64,000 nucleotides of DNA from Eledone cirrhosa (GCA_964016885.1 OZ024763.1:2356001-2420000); one strand, 5' to 3'; positions 26,453 to 40,067 are shown, numbered from the stretch's first letter. The notes: generated by a model not told the origin, from the letters alone. Made by a program: numbers and translations.

Positions 26453-26831
26453 CACATACAACTATATATATATATACAACTATGTCTAGAACCTGACATA
26501 CATACATACATATATATATATGTGTATGTATGTATATATGTATGTTTCTATGTGTATATATGTGTGTGTATGTATATACAGACACACACACACAGTTTAT
26601 TTATAGTTCATGAGAATATATTTTTTTAATCTTTTAAAAAACTGCAACTTTAATATTAGACAGAATAGATAACAATACAAAGTCTATCTTAAATTAATTA
26701 TCTCGTTAATCTCAATATATGTAATGAAAGACATTGTCTAGGGTTTTCTCATTAATCAAGAATTTGAAAGAATTTTGTAATATATATATAAAATTGTGTG
26801 ATTTCCATCTGTCCGTCACACAATGTGTGTG

Positions 26832-27230
26832 TTCCCACAATAGTAACTTGTGTATAACTTCCAACATATTGGTTAACTTCCCACAATAGTAACTTGTGTA
26901 TAACTTCCCACATATTGGTTAACTTCCCACAATAGTAACTTGTGTATAACTTCCCACATATTGGTTAACTTCCCACAATAGTAACTTATGTATAACTTCC
27001 CACATATTGGTTAACTTCCCACAATAGTAACTTGTGTATAACTTCCCACATATTGGTTAACTTCCCACAATAGTAACTTGTGTATAACTTCCCACATATT
27101 GGTTAACTTCCCACAATAGTAACTTGTGTATAACTTCCCACATATTGGTTAACTTCCCACAAGAGTAACTTGTGTATAACTTCCCACATATTGGTTAACT
27201 TCCCACATATTGGTTAACTTCCCACGTATT
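26832..27230. repeat. 46-bp minisatellite (~8 copies) derived from the adjacent RTE fragment
   Basis: Unit CCCACAATAGTAACTTGTGTATAACTTCCCACATATTGGTTAACTT; source sequence at 27220-27262. Confidence 0.9.
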
Positions 27231-27335
27231 GGTTCCCACAATAGTATCTTGTGCATAACTTCCTGCTTACTTCTCCAGCAAGGTCCTGTAAATCGTAACC
27301 GTTTTTGAGGTACTGTAATACCTTGGAACATAACT
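27220..27335 (-). mobile_element. RTE LINE fragment
   Basis: KRLRFTGPCWRSKQEVMHKILLWEPIRGK resembles the RTE C-terminal RLRFAGHC..LLWEP motif. Confidence 0.7.
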
Positions 27336-27522
27336 TAACGAAGGTTCTTACTCGAAATTATAAACACTTTAACCTTTAACATAACTGTAATACTGTACAT
27401 TTTCACACCAATCTGTTTCTCCACGAATAAAGACGACACAATTAAAGAGAAGTTCTTGCATAGAAATGGAAAGTGTTTAGATAAATATTAACACTTTAAC
27501 CCTCCATGGTCCGTGTAATACA

Positions 27523-27918
27523 TTAACCCTTTAGCATTTAAACTGTCTGTATCTGGCCAGAATTCTCTCACCTCATTCTGTTCAAGCCGGCTGTAACTTG
27601 CCACTCATACTGATATTAAGGTATTATTCTCAAAATAAATAATTGTTTCTACTCTAGGCACAAGGCCAGCAATTACACAGTTCTTTACTGGTACTTTATT
27701 TTATCGACCCCCGTAAGGATGAAAGGCAAAGTTAACCTCGGCGGGATTTGAACTCAGAATGGCAAGAACCGTAACTCTATGCGTCAAAGCATGGCCTTCG
27801 ACCCTCTACCGATACTGGCAATCCACCGCCTCATTTTCAAAATAAATAATATCAAAATCTCATAGATTCAATATTATGTAAGATAAAGCCTTTTCCATGA
27901 AAATACAATAGTAAATAT
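27523..27918 (-). mobile_element. piggyBac-like MITE (one end) interrupted by a Meta-type SINE at ~27643-27832
   Basis: TTAA|CCCTTTAGCATTTAAA end; same family as 38953-39311; SINE flanked by TCAAAATAAATAAT duplication. Confidence 0.75.
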
Positions 27919-27924
27919 CTTAGT

Positions 27925-28270
27925 CTCAGGTTCTTCCTCGCCTTTCGGTACATCGAGCAGTAAGTACTCGCCAACGGTCAAGATCTGCAGCAGCTTTTTC
28001 TCCTCTTTGCTAAGTGATGTTGGCTGCCATCTGGTCTTTTTGAAATGTTCGCCACCAGGTAATTCTGAGGCAACCCTGCTTCCGTTTACCACCAGGTAGA
28101 GTTCAGTTGATCACTGTTTTCCAGTGTTGTTCATTGGGTAGGTGCAGAATATGGCCAGCCAGGCGGTTCCAGCACTCCGTGACCATCCTCTGTAGCCTAT
28201 ACAAGGAACCTTCACAGGCACCACTGGTGGAATGCGTTCAGCCCTCTCTCTATCTTTGCCGTGCTCTTCC
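27925..28270 (-). mobile_element. Decayed RTE LINE fragment
   Basis: WKSTAKIERGLNAFHQWCL*R and RLAGHILHLPNEQ..GGKRKQG..TWWRTF, with stops. Confidence 0.75.
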
Positions 28271-28290
28271 ATTTACATTACTCTATATAG

Positions 28291-28633
28291 TGAAGGCACA
28301 TGGCTTAGTGGTTAGAGCATTGGGCTTGCAATCGAAAGGTTGTGAGTTCAATTCTCAGACTGGGTGATGCATTGTTTCCTTGAGCAAGACACTTTATTTC
28401 ACATTGCTCCAGTTTACTCAGCTGTAGAAATGAGATGATAGGGACTGGGGTCCCTATCATTCCACTGCAAAGTGGTCGTGGAGGTGCCACGGCAAAAAGG
28501 CACCCAGCACTCACTGTAAATGAGGTTGGTGCTAGGAAGGGCATCCAGCTGTAGAAATCAAGCCAGAATCAGTTCCCGTCCCACCCTTGCAAGCAGGGAA
28601 AAGTGGACGTAAAATGATGAAATGAATGATGAT
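28291..28633 (+). mobile_element. Full-length CORE-type SINE (family 1); partial repeat at 28726-28807
   Basis: Same consensus as 33490-33837. Confidence 0.9.
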
Positions 28634-29238
28634 AACAAAGAGGGTGTGGCAAGATGCATTAATTTCAACTCTTCTTAATAACTGCGTTGTTACTTTCGAG
28701 GGACTATGTTGACAAGAGGGACTACTTGAGCAAGACACTTTATTTCACATTGCTCCAGTTTACTCAGCTGTAGAAATGAGATGATAGGGACTGGGGTCCC
28801 TATCATTAAATTACCCAAGACACCTCCAATGAGATATACCTTGGAGGAGACCAGCTAAACCTGAATAGGTGTGAGCTGTCACATGCACACACTCTATATA
28901 GTATAATATAGTAATGTAAATACTGAAGACTTAACACTTTAACCCTTCACCACCTCTGGACTACATTAAGCAGCATTGGTAAGACATTTTTTTTAAAACT
29001 TCAAAACACCACTATAATTGCATCTCATTAAATATAAAATATTTTATGCTAAAACTGCAAATTTTCACAACAATCTGTAAACCCACCACTAAAGTTACAG
29101 TAAACATTTAAATTAACAAAAACAGTTTTAGATAAATGCTGCTAAATTGTTACAGGATGTTTAAGAGTTAAATAAAACATTTTTTGAACATATGTTTATT
29201 AAATATAAACATGGATATATATCCATATATATATATGG

Positions 29239-29269
<31 letters not shown>

Positions 29270-29508
29270 TTTATCCATATATCATCATTTTACGTCCGCT
29301 TTTCTCTGCTTGCAAGGGTGGGACTATATATATGTATATATGGATATATATCTATTTATATATATATAAGTGTGTGTATATATATGTATGTGTGTGTATA
29401 TATATATATATGTATGTATGTATATAAACACATATATATATATATGTGTGTGTTTATATATATATGTGTGTATGTATATAAACATATATATATATATATA
29501 AACATATA

Positions 29509-29568
<60 letters not shown>

Positions 29569-29718
29569 TTATGAATCATGCCTCTTAAATGGAAGTGCTA
29601 ATTAATACCATCTTTTAACCAAGTTTCAGGCAGTTTGGTATTGAAAGAGTTAAAGTAGGGGTAACTATATAACAGTGATGATGATGATAGAAAAACGGAC
29701 ATAAAAATGTCAACGATG

Positions 29719-29760
<42 letters not shown>

Positions 29761-30053
29761 TGGCGTCATACAGTAATATAGAAGACCGTCTCCTCCCCCC
29801 CCCCCCACGGGTACAAGCCGAAGCTGAAGCATATAGACAATATGCCCCCACACCCTCCCACTGCAAAGTGGTTGTGGAGGTGTCACAGCAAAAAAGCACC
29901 CAGGCCACAAAAGAAATCAAGCCAGAATCAGTTCCTGTATGAGCAAGACAAGGTCACCTGACTGGGCACTGCTGCCCACAACAGAACAACCTGTCTAACC
30001 CATGCTAGCGTGGAAGAACGGACGTAAAACGGTGATGGTGGTGATGATGATGA
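29761..30053 (+). mobile_element. Retroposon 3' end: RTE ORF terminus plus SINE-like body plus tail
   Basis: Starts with sequence like the RTE WRYTVIQKTRL end; contains CACTGCAAAGTGGTTGTGGAGGTGTCACAGCAAAAAAGCACCCAG; tail matches 850-927. Confidence 0.7.
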
Positions 30054-30390
30054 TATATATGACGAATGCGAGAAAGTTCTCCAGGAAAGTTAACCAGGAA
30101 TCTTTTAGAATCTTCCCACCGAAGTTAACAAAGAACTTACTAGACCTACAAAATCACAATATTATAAAATTAAATCAAATTGTTTAGAACTACAAGTGAA
30201 GTCATTCTTTTCCTTTTTTCAAATATACCTAACTGTACCAAGGATTTCACACATTTCCCAATATTGTCTGGAATAAAAGACAGTTAAGATTAAACACAAG
30301 CATCCACATAATCGATTTTATAAATGGCTGATAAAGAATCTTATTAAAAATATGACATTTCATGTGAGAGAACCTAATATATATATATAT

Positions 30391-30596
30391 GAAAAAATTC
30401 AGGAGTCCTGAATTTTTTCATATGACCCACTCTACTACCCCAAGTATTGAGTACTCTGGTGGGTTATGGTTCGCCTGGTTTTTACTGCCTCCAATCTGAT
30501 ATATATATATTTAATATAGAAATGGCTTCTACAGGACTAGAACTGTTTCATTCGGGAGAAATCATCAGGTACCCCCGATTGAATCCAAGATAAACT
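30391..30596. mobile_element. Two adjacent HHR-element relics: family B (30391-30492) and family A (30511-30596, HHR core 30527-30568 on -)
   Basis: Short hairpin plus B tail; reverse complement CTGATGA tttctcccgaat GAA ACAG ttctagtc CTGT A gaa joined to the direct 3' tail end. Confidence 0.75.
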
Positions 30597-30607
30597 TATA
30601 TATATAT

Positions 30608-30960
30608 CATCATCATCATCATCATCATTTTATGTCTGCTTTTCCCTGCTTGCAAGGGTGGGACGGGTCCTATTCAGCACAGCATCTTTCCACTTGTCAC
30701 GGTCCTTCGTCATCTCTTCTATGAGCTTCAGTGATCTGAGGTCTGCCCTCACCACCTCCGCCCATGTTTTTCGTGGTCCTCCTCTACTGCGTCTTCCTTC
30801 CACTGGGATTTCTTGGCACTTCTGTACCCAGCGGTCATCAGTCCATGCGCATCACATGTTCATACCATGTCAGTCTTCTCCCACGCACATTACAACTTAT
30901 CCCTCTTAAACACAGTTTCTCTCTCAACTCATCTATGCTTGGTCGTTCACATACATTGAC
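30608..30960 (-). mobile_element. RTE LINE 3' fragment (family of 12570-13908)
   Basis: [28 protein letters not shown]; (ATG)n tail. Confidence 0.9.
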
Positions 30961-31046
30961 AGAGATAGATAGATAGATAGATAGATATATAGATAGATAG
31001 ATAGAGAGATAGAGAGATAGAGAGATAGATAGATAGAGAGATAGAG

Positions 31047-31121
<75 letters not shown>

Positions 31122-31451
31122 GAGAAAGAGAGATAGAGAAATATAGAGACATAGATAAACTGAGTGGGGTTGGGGGCTGAATACATGTGTGTAAATGTGT
31201 CTGTGTGTGTAAAGAGAGAGAATGTATATATGTATGTGTGTAGAGAGTGTGTGTGTAGAGAGAGAGAGAAAATGTGTGTGTGTGTGTAAATGTGTGCCTG
31301 TGTGTGTGTAGAGAATGTATGTGTGTGTGTGTGAGAAACTAGAGATAAACTCAGAGTCCCAGAACTTCAGAATCTGAGAATCTGAAAGTCAGCCTCCATG
31401 TGAAATCTTGAAATAACAATACACAGCTCTCCCTACCACCCCCACCCCTCT

Positions 31452-31496
<45 letters not shown>

Positions 31497-31542
31497 GCAC
31501 TCTCCCTCTGTCTCTCTCTCTCACACACGCACTCTCTCTCTG

Positions 31543-31573
<31 letters not shown>

Positions 31574-31679
31574 TACTCTCTCTCTCTCTCCCTCACACAC
31601 ACACACACAGATACTCTCTTTCTCTCACACATACACACACTCTTTGTCTCTCTCTCTCTCACACAGTCTCTGTCCCTTG

Positions 31680-31710
<31 letters not shown>

Positions 31711-31823
31711 CCTCTCTGTCCCTCTCACTCTCTCTCTCTCTCACACACCCTCTCTGTCTCTCTCTCTCTCTCTCTCACACACCCTCTCTGTCTCTCTCTC
31801 TCTCACACACACCCTCTCTGTCC

Positions 31824-31856
<33 letters not shown>

Positions 31857-32023
31857 ACATTCTCTGTCTCTCTCTCACACACACACACCCCCTCTAGGCT
31901 CATGTTACCCACCAAGCTTGTAACATGCAACAAATGTCTGCTAGGATACAATGATACAATTATACAATCATACATACATATATATACACATACATACATA
32001 TATACATATTAACATACATATAC

Positions 32024-32058
<35 letters not shown>

Positions 32059-32061
32059 CAT

Positions 32062-32668
32062 GTGGCTGCCAACTCGTTTTCGAGTACGGCCACTACTTTA
32101 TATCCATGTAGGAGAACCCCTACCGATGCGCTGAACGAGTGTGACTTTTTAGTTCAGCCAGCGACTTGAAAACTCTGGTACAAACACTACACTTGTGACA
32201 ATTATTGACACATAGTGCTGGGCCCATGGTACCATGTGACGACAAGTGCAGAGAGATCTCCAGATATAAAGCAATGCCTGTGCCGTGAAGCTTTTATAGT
32301 GAGCAAAGGCACTGCACAAAGCCAGTCCCACTCTCTTAACCAAGATGATATTTACCAAAAAGAAGAACAAGTCAACATCATTGGATACCATCAGGGTTGC
32401 AGGTGTTATATCAGAGTTTTCCTTCTCCTAGAATTCTGTCTTGACAAAGGCTAAGGGGTCATCTCTCCCGGTGATTTTGGATGGCCATTGACTCTTAAGA
32501 GGTCTTTGCCCTTTGACAGGTTTTGTTTTTAGTCCTGCAGGATGTCCAAAGTCACCCTCCTCACCAAGAAACCTTGGTGGGGTTGCCAGTTTAGTCGCCA
32601 ACGACCCGACCATGAGACAGGTTGTACTGGGATACATGTTACCAGTAGCACCAACTGGTGACTTGACA
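32062..32668 (-). mobile_element. Bipartite non-autonomous RTE derivative (~600 bp)
   Basis: RTE 5' motif GGAGAAGGAAAACTCTGA plus 3' C2H2-like CSVCTRVFKSLAELKSHTRSAH; second copy at 44716-45277. Confidence 0.7.
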
Positions 32669-32867
32669 TATATACATACATATATACATACATATATACA
32701 TACATATACATACATACACCATACACACAGTGATATAAACATACATATATCCATACATATATATATATATATATATACATATATAGTGATATATACATAC
32801 ATATAAGCATACAATGATCTTGAAAGTATTTTGTAAGAAGAGAAGAGCTAGCCTTACTACATAATTA

Positions 32868-32946
<79 letters not shown>

Positions 32947-33186
32947 TCTCTCTCTCTGTCTCCCTCTCTCTCGCTCTCTCTCTCTGTCTCCCTCCCTCTC
33001 TCTCTCTCCCTCTCTCTCTCTATGTCCCCCCTCTCTCTCTCTCTCTGTCCCCCCTCCCCCCTCTCTCTCTATCCCCCCCTCTCTCTCTATGTCCTCTCTC
33101 TCTCTCTCTCTCTATCTCCCCCTCTCTCTCTGTCACCCTCTCTCTCTCTCTCTATCTCCTCCTCTCTCTCTCTCTCTCTCTATCTC

Positions 33187-33228
<42 letters not shown>

Positions 33229-33272
33229 CCCCCGCCCCTCCTCTCTCTGTCCCCCCCTCTCTCTCTGTCCCA

Positions 33273-33345
33273 AAAATTATTGTGTACAGTGCTCAGGTGC
33301 ACTACAACTCATCAAAGGTGCATGTATAGTACATAGAATATTGTG
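33273..33345 (-). mobile_element. CR1 3' tail fragment
   Basis: Reverse complement of ~11030-11097. Confidence 0.85.
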
Positions 33346-33489
33346 ATTTACGTTTCAATTAGAGACTCTGACCTCCTCCACCAATCATGGACTGGTTGTA
33401 AATTATCGAAAGGGTATCTTTCTCCAAAATATAAGAGTATAACTGTTTCTACTTTTGGCACAAGGCCAGCAATTATCCCAGTGTATTAT

Positions 33490-33837
33490 GGAGGCACATG
33501 GCTTAGTGGTTAGAGCATTGGCCTTGCAATCGAAAGGTTGTGAGTTCAATTCTCAGACCGGGTGATGTGTTGTTTCCTTGAGCAAGACACTTTATTTCAC
33601 ATTGCTCCAGTTTACTCAGCTGTAGAAATGAGATGATAGGGACTGGGGTCCCTATCATTCCACTGTAAAGTGGTCGTGGAGGTGCCACGGCAAAAAAAGC
33701 ACCCAGCACTCACTGTAAATGAGGTTGGTGTTAGGAAGGGCATCCAGCTGTAGAAATCAAGCCAGAATCAGTTCCCGTCCCCCCCTTGCAAGCAGGGAAA
33801 AGTGGACATAAAATGATGATGATGATGATGATGATGA
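33490..33837 (+). mobile_element. Full-length CORE-type SINE (family 1) nested in a minus-strand Meta-type SINE (33444-33488 and 33838-33905)
   Basis: Host SINE halves rejoin as CCCAGTGTATTA|CTGGTA. Confidence 0.9.
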
Positions 33838-35280
33838 TTACTGGTATTTTATTTTATCGACCCCGTAAGGATGAAAGGCAAAGTCAACCTCGGCGGGATT
33901 TGAACAAGAGTATAATGGTATATCTATATATATATATATTTCATCATCATCATCATCAACATCATCACCGTTTAACGTCCATTTTCCTACACTAGCATGA
34001 GTTGCAATGTTGTGACAAGCCAGTCCATCACAGGGTTAACTCTCTCTCTCTCTCTCTCTCTCTCTCCACCTCTCTCTCTCTCTTTCACACTCCGCCTCTC
34101 TCTCTTCCTCTCTCTCTCCCTCTCCCTCTCTCTCCCTCTCCCTCTCTCTCTCTCCTCTCTCCCCTCTCCCTCCACTCCTCTCTCTCTTTCACACTCCCCC
34201 TCTCTCTCTTCCTCTCTCTCTCTCTCTCTTCCTCTCTCTCTCTCTCTCTCTCTCTCCCTCTCTCTCTCTCTCTCTCCCTCCACCTCTCTCTCTCTCTCTC
34301 CCCTCTCCCTCCGCCTCTCTCTCTCTCTCTCTCTTTCCCACTCTCTCTCCCCTCTCCCTCCACCTCTCTCTCTCTCTCTTTCCCACTCTCTCCCTCTCCC
34401 CTCTCCCTCCACCTCTCTCTCTCTCCCCTCTCCCTCCACCTCTCTCTCTCTCTCTCCAGATATATATATTCTACAATCTTCTATTAGCCCTGAACTGTTT
34501 CAAAAGCAAGGAATTTGTGACAATTTTCATTAGAATCATCAGAGAGACAGGTGCAATATATGTGTGTGTGTGTGTATGTATGTATGTGTGTAAGTATGTG
34601 TGTATATGTAAGTGTGTGTGTATATATATATATGTAAGTGTGTGTGTGTATATATATGTAAGTGGGTGTGTGAGTGTGTGTGTGTGTATGTATATGTAAG
34701 TGTGTGTATATATATATATATATATATGTAAACGCGTGCATGTGTGTATATGTAAGTGTGTGTATATATGTAAGTGTGTGTAGGGGGTGAGGAGTGTCTT
34801 TGAGGTGGAGGGGAGTATCTGGAACTAATCAGCCTCTGAGAAACAATCCTAAATAACGAGGGTCTCAGTCATTTGGAACAGTATTTGCTATAAATTATAT
34901 CAAGAATTCCTACCGTTAAATATTAGGTGGCCATGCACACTAGGAGGGGGTAGGGGCCTCAGTTTGAGAAATATTCTTTTTATTTTATCATTAGCTTTTA
35001 TTCTTTAACACTAAATCATCAACAATTATATATAGATATATATATGTGTATATCTGTATGTATGTATGTATACATATATATATATGTATGTATACATATA
35101 TATATATATATATATAAATATATATGTATGTAAAAGGTAAACAGAAATAACAACACAATCGGTACAGTATATGGAAGGTATATATTAGGTTAACATTTGA
35201 TATATATACAGTATATATATTGAGTTTACTTATTGAGAAACACAAAATTGTAAACATATTTGTTGTTTTGATTCATCATT

Positions 35281-35315
<35 letters not shown>

Positions 35316-35319
35316 TTGT

Positions 35320-35594
35320 GTTTCTTGGTCAGTGTCCAAGTCTCAGACCCATACAGCAGCACAGACTCCACTACAGCAATGAAGAGGCAGATTTTCAGGT
35401 CTTTACGAAGGTCCGACTTCCACACCGATCTCAAGCTGTGGCACGCCCCTACATGGACACACTAGAAGAGGAAGACCAAGGTTAACGTATGTTGATGCCC
35501 TAAGGACAGACACTGGTCTGTTGGAGACGCAGGACATGGCAGCGATAATGAGGGACAGAGACCGCTGGAGAGAACTCGTCCATGGATCTCGGTA
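35320..35594. mobile_element. RTE LINE 3' fragment with 5' inversion
   Basis: Minus 35320-35446: VWKSDLRKDLKICLFIAVVESVLLYGSETWTLTKK; plus 35449-35594: HGHTRRGRPRLTYVDALRTDTG..MRDRDRWRELV*. Confidence 0.85.
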
Positions 35595-35827
35595 ATTTTA
35601 CCTGCCTTAGATTGATAGATAGATACTTGTGTATAATGGTAGCTATGGTGCTTCCATAGGCGGTATGCCAAAAATTAGCACTCAATATTCAGCAGAGTAG
35701 AGTGTAGAATCAGCCAGATCCATACAGGGACCATGTCTCAAGCTATCTGCCGGCGAAACAATTGTAACACGCAATAAATTGAGTCCAGATGCATCACTGA
35801 TTTTTCGTTTTCTTTATACTATATATA

Positions 35828-36113
35828 TCATCATCATCATCATCATCTTCATTTAACGTCCATCTTCCACGCTAGCATGGGTTTGGACAGGAGTTTTCCC
35901 ACTTGAGGCAAGAGTGGTTGTCTTGCTCGCATAGGACTGTCTGGCAGGTTTTCTACAGCTGGATGCCCTTCCTAACACCAACCACATTTACAGTGTGGAC
36001 TGGGAGGTTTTTACCGTGTTACCTACACGGCCACATTACAGCGTGGACTGTGTGTTTTTTTGTCGTGACACCTACATGACCTCATTTGTTTCGGGCTGGA
36101 TGTTGTGGTACCA
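35828..36113 (-). mobile_element. 3' UTR fragment of RTE family with SINE-like 3' UTR
   Basis: Near-identical to 22860-23145. Confidence 0.85.
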
Positions 36114-36135
36114 ATATATATATATATAAATATTT

Positions 36136-36335
36136 AGAGAGAGAGATGTGAAATCCTGACCACGGTGCTATATATTACAAATATTACAAACACCCTTGAA
36201 AAGGCTTACTCAACACACAAACCCCTTGTCGCTTCTGTCAGGATTCTACATATCTCTATACCCACTCTGCCTCTTGTATTGAGTACTCCATGATTAGTGG
36301 TCTTCGTGGTCTCAGCACAACAGACTCTCTCGCTA
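36136..36335 (+). mobile_element. Fold-back element related to family B
   Basis: Inverted ends AGAGAGATGTGAAATCCTGAC / GTCAGGATTCTACATATCTCT; tail ACCCACTCTGC..GTATTGAGTAC. Confidence 0.55.
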
Positions 36336-36614
36336 AACAGAAACTTAGCATGGGCTGTAAGAGGAGCTTCTCTTGAAATTTAAGGTGTGTGTGGGGGAGG
36401 GGGGGCTTTTCTTTCTTTCTTTAATAGGGATGTGGAGTCATTTGATATTGATGTGGGGCCTTCTTGGCTCTCCAGGCTGAGGGTTCATGTGTCAATTGTA
36501 CATCTGTTGAATAAAGGACCATCCTGACTACTTCTATTTCAGACAGGCTTCTGTGGCATCTGATATTCCGGACATTTCCCTAGAGACATTCTTGAAAGAA
36601 ATACACACTCACAA

Positions 36615-37290
36615 GCATGCGTACACATACAGACTTACACATACATGCACATTACCCAGGCATACACATACACACACATATGTACACATACAGACTTACA
36701 CATACATGCACATTACCCAGGCATACACATACACACACATACGTACACATACAGACTTACACATACATGCACATTACCCAGGCATACACATACACACACA
36801 TACGTACACATACGTACACATACAGAGTTACACATACATGCACATTACCCAGGCATACACATACACACACATACGTACACATACAGACTTACACATACAT
36901 GCACATTAGCCAGGCATACACATACACACACATACGTACACATACAGACTTACACATACATGCACATTACCCAGGCATACACATACACACACATACGTAC
37001 ACATGCGTACACATACAGAGTTACACATACATGCACATTACCCAGGCATACACATACACACACATACGTACACATACAGAGTTACACATACATGCACATT
37101 ACCCAGGCATACACATACACACACATACGTACACATACAGACTCACACATACGTACACATACAGAGTTACACATACATGCACATTACCCAGGCATACACA
37201 TACACACACATACGTACACATACAGAGTTACACATACATGCACATTACCCAGGCATACACATACATACAGATACATACACATACGTACAC
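36615..37290. repeat. 61-bp CA-rich minisatellite (~11 copies)
   Basis: Unit TACGTACACATACAGACTTACACATACATGCACATTACCCAGGCATACACATACACACACA. Confidence 0.9.
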
Positions 37291-37449
37291 ATACATGCGC
37301 ATTACACATGCATACACATGCACTCACACATTTAAATGCACATAACCCATACATACATATATATACACACGCACAGAAATACACACACATACATACAGGA
37401 AACACAATATGCATGTGTATACATATATATTATCACCACCAATTAATGT

Positions 37450-37494
<45 letters not shown>

Positions 37495-38147
37495 CTATCT
37501 ATCTATATATACATATATGTGTATATGTGTATATGTATATATATACATATACACATATATGTATATATAGATAGATAGATAGTCACACTGAATTATATAT
37601 ATATGTGTGTATGGTGGTAGTGGTGGTATTTGTGCTGGTAGGTGTGGTTGTGGTTGTAGTGGTAGTTGTGGTGGTGGAGGTGCTGGTGGTGTTGGTAGTG
37701 GTTGTAGTGGTGTAGGTGCAGTGGTGTAGGTGCTGGTTGGTGTGCTGGTGGAGGTGCCCTCGGGGTCCCTAGTTGAGAGACAAACAGACAGATGTCTCTT
37801 ATTCTCTTACTGTGGGTGATTTTAAATTAATTTGAAATGTTTATTTCATATTCCATCTGTTTTAACATATTTTAAATGTCTTCTTTGCTCACATTCCTCA
37901 GATCTGGGGCCTTTACTTGAAGTTTTAGGGGGCGTACAATGAAGGAGTTGGCCCTAGGCATCAACAAACCTCTTCACACCATAGACATGTCATACACACA
38001 TTAAGATGATATTTTAAACCTAACTTAACCTAACAAAAGTTGGTTTTTATGTCAAATAGTAATATAGTTATTTTTTTCTCACAAGTAAGGAAATTTTTAT
38101 TTGGTTAAACATACAGCAAAAGAAAGCAGCATTAGAAAGGGCTATGA

Positions 38148-38297
38148 TCATCATCATTTTACGCCTGCTTTTCCCTGCTTGTAAGGGTGGGATGGGTCCT
38201 ATTCAGCACAGCATCTCTCCATTTGTGACGGTCCTTCGTCATCTCTTCTGTGAGCTTCAGCGATCTGAGGTCAGCTCTCACCACCTCTGTCCATGTA
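38148..38297 (-). mobile_element. RTE LINE 3' fragment
   Basis: Matches 13770-13900. Confidence 0.85.
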
Positions 38298-38409
38298 ATA
38301 AATGAAAGCAAAAAGAGGGGAAGAGGAGAGGATGGCAGACTCTACACCTAAGTCACAGTGGTGTTGCAGCTGCACCCCCTGGTGGACAAAATGGCAAACG
38401 TATCTCTGT

Positions 38410-38920
38410 GGACAATTGCCAGCAACACATGATGCAACAGTGACCCCCCCACCTCGCATGGCTCCTTCCTCAGACGAGCTGCTATCGATCTGATTTCATG
38501 GAGGGGGGTCAGTTGTCCAGGATCCGATGACACCCGAGGTCTCGATGGTGGCCGGGGCAAAGAGGAAGCAGCCAGACAAGCTCCGGTTGGAACATTTTAC
38601 TGGGCTGAAAGGATCTCCATTGAGGAATCACTAGGTAGGTACTAACAGAAGGAGATGGATATGGATAGGGCATGTTCTCAGAAGAGAGCAAGGTGAGCTG
38701 AAACAAACAAGGAAGGCCAAAGAGCACCTGACACAGAACAGTTGAGAGAGAGATGAAGACCTGGCAATACATATGGGGTACCACAGGGTGTGTTCTCAGA
38801 AGAGGGGAAGATAGTATCACAAGAACAGCCCTTAACTGGACACCAGAAGATGAGCTGAAACAAACAAGGAAGGCCAAAGAAAATCTGGCACAAAAGATTT
38901 GAAAGACATAATGGGCAGTA
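38410..38920 (+). mobile_element. Decayed, internally duplicated RTE-derived element
   Basis: RRRWIWIGHVLRR, GRPKST, VLRRGEDSITRTALNWTPE fragments; GAGCTGAAACAAACAAGGAAGGCCAAAGA present twice. Confidence 0.65.
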
Positions 38921-38952
38921 GATAGATACATTTTATTTTAGATGGGAACCCG

Positions 38953-39311
38953 TTAACCCTTTACCATTTACATTACTCTATATATACTATTGTATTTTCA
39001 TAGTAAAGGCTTTATCTTACATAATATCTCACATAACATTTACATTACTCTATATATACTATTGTATTTTCACAGTAAAGGCTTTACCTCACATAATATC
39101 TCACATAACATTTACATTACTCTATATATACTATTGTATTTTCACAGTAAAGGCTTTACCTCACATAATATCAAATCTATGAGATTTTGATATTATTTAT
39201 TTTGAGAACAATACCTTAACATCAGTATGAGTGGCCAGTTGCGGCCTGTTTGAACAGAAAGAGGTGAGGGAATTCTTGCCGAATATGGTTGGTTTAAATG
39301 CTAAAGGGTTA
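38953..39311 (+). mobile_element. piggyBac-like MITE with internal 72-bp tandem triplication
   Basis: TTAA|CCCTTTACCATTTA ... TAAATGCTAAAGGG|TTAG; 72-bp units start at 38965, 39037, 39109. Confidence 0.8.
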
Positions 39312-39565
39312 GAATGGGTTGAGGGTTTATTTGATAGGCCAACAAGGTGGTTTGGGGCCAGTTGGTATAAAAAGGGTTAATATATATCTTGTGTCATGTC
39401 CAGATGAAGGTGAACAGTCAATTAGGGAACATCTGTAGTAAACCTTTGTGACTAACAGATTACATAAATAGAATGACATTAACATAGATTAAAAATACAC
39501 ACACACACATATATATATACACAGACACACACACGTGTACATACATATGTAGTAGATTACATATA

Positions 39566-39611
<46 letters not shown>

Positions 39612-40005
39612 TATAATGTCAGTAGTTTACTGTGCATGTTCATATATATATGTAGAATATATGTGTGTGTATGTATATATATATATCTATATGTGTCTAT
39701 GTGTGTGTGTGTATATATGTGTATATATATATATATATATCCTCATCATCACATCATCATGTGTGTGTATATATACACACACACACATATATATATATAT
39801 ATACACACATGCATTACATATTTACATGTGTGTGTGTAGACTTTTCCCAGATGTCTTTTTTTGGATAAATAAAAAAAAAAGATGTCATATTTACCCAGCA
39901 TTAATGTGTAAATAGGTGTGGGCTTTAGAACTTGGTCACATACATATATATAGGTGTGTATATATATATATATATACACATATATATATATGTCACATAC
40001 ATATA

Positions 40006-40067
<62 letters not shown>

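Noticed and set aside
33490-33565. tRNA gene
   Set aside because: A and B boxes continue into a CORE-like domain and RTE tail in many copies, so this is a SINE head; the 57725-57752 T-arm-like piece is only a fragment
34490-34548. Hammerhead candidate on minus strand (CTGATGA...GAAACAGTTC)
   Set aside because: Stem II does not pair convincingly and stem III is weak; not counted
35745-35775. GCGAAACAATTGTA hammerhead-like 3' half (also GAAAGCA..TGCTT at ~14763)
   Set aside because: No upstream CUGANGA visible; probably truncated relics but cannot be supported
36410-36530. Candidate exons after polypyrimidine-AG (also ~7330-7395, 11320-11370, 37901, 49437, 59624)
   Set aside because: Short frames with no recognisable homology, inconsistent strands and no clear donor pairing
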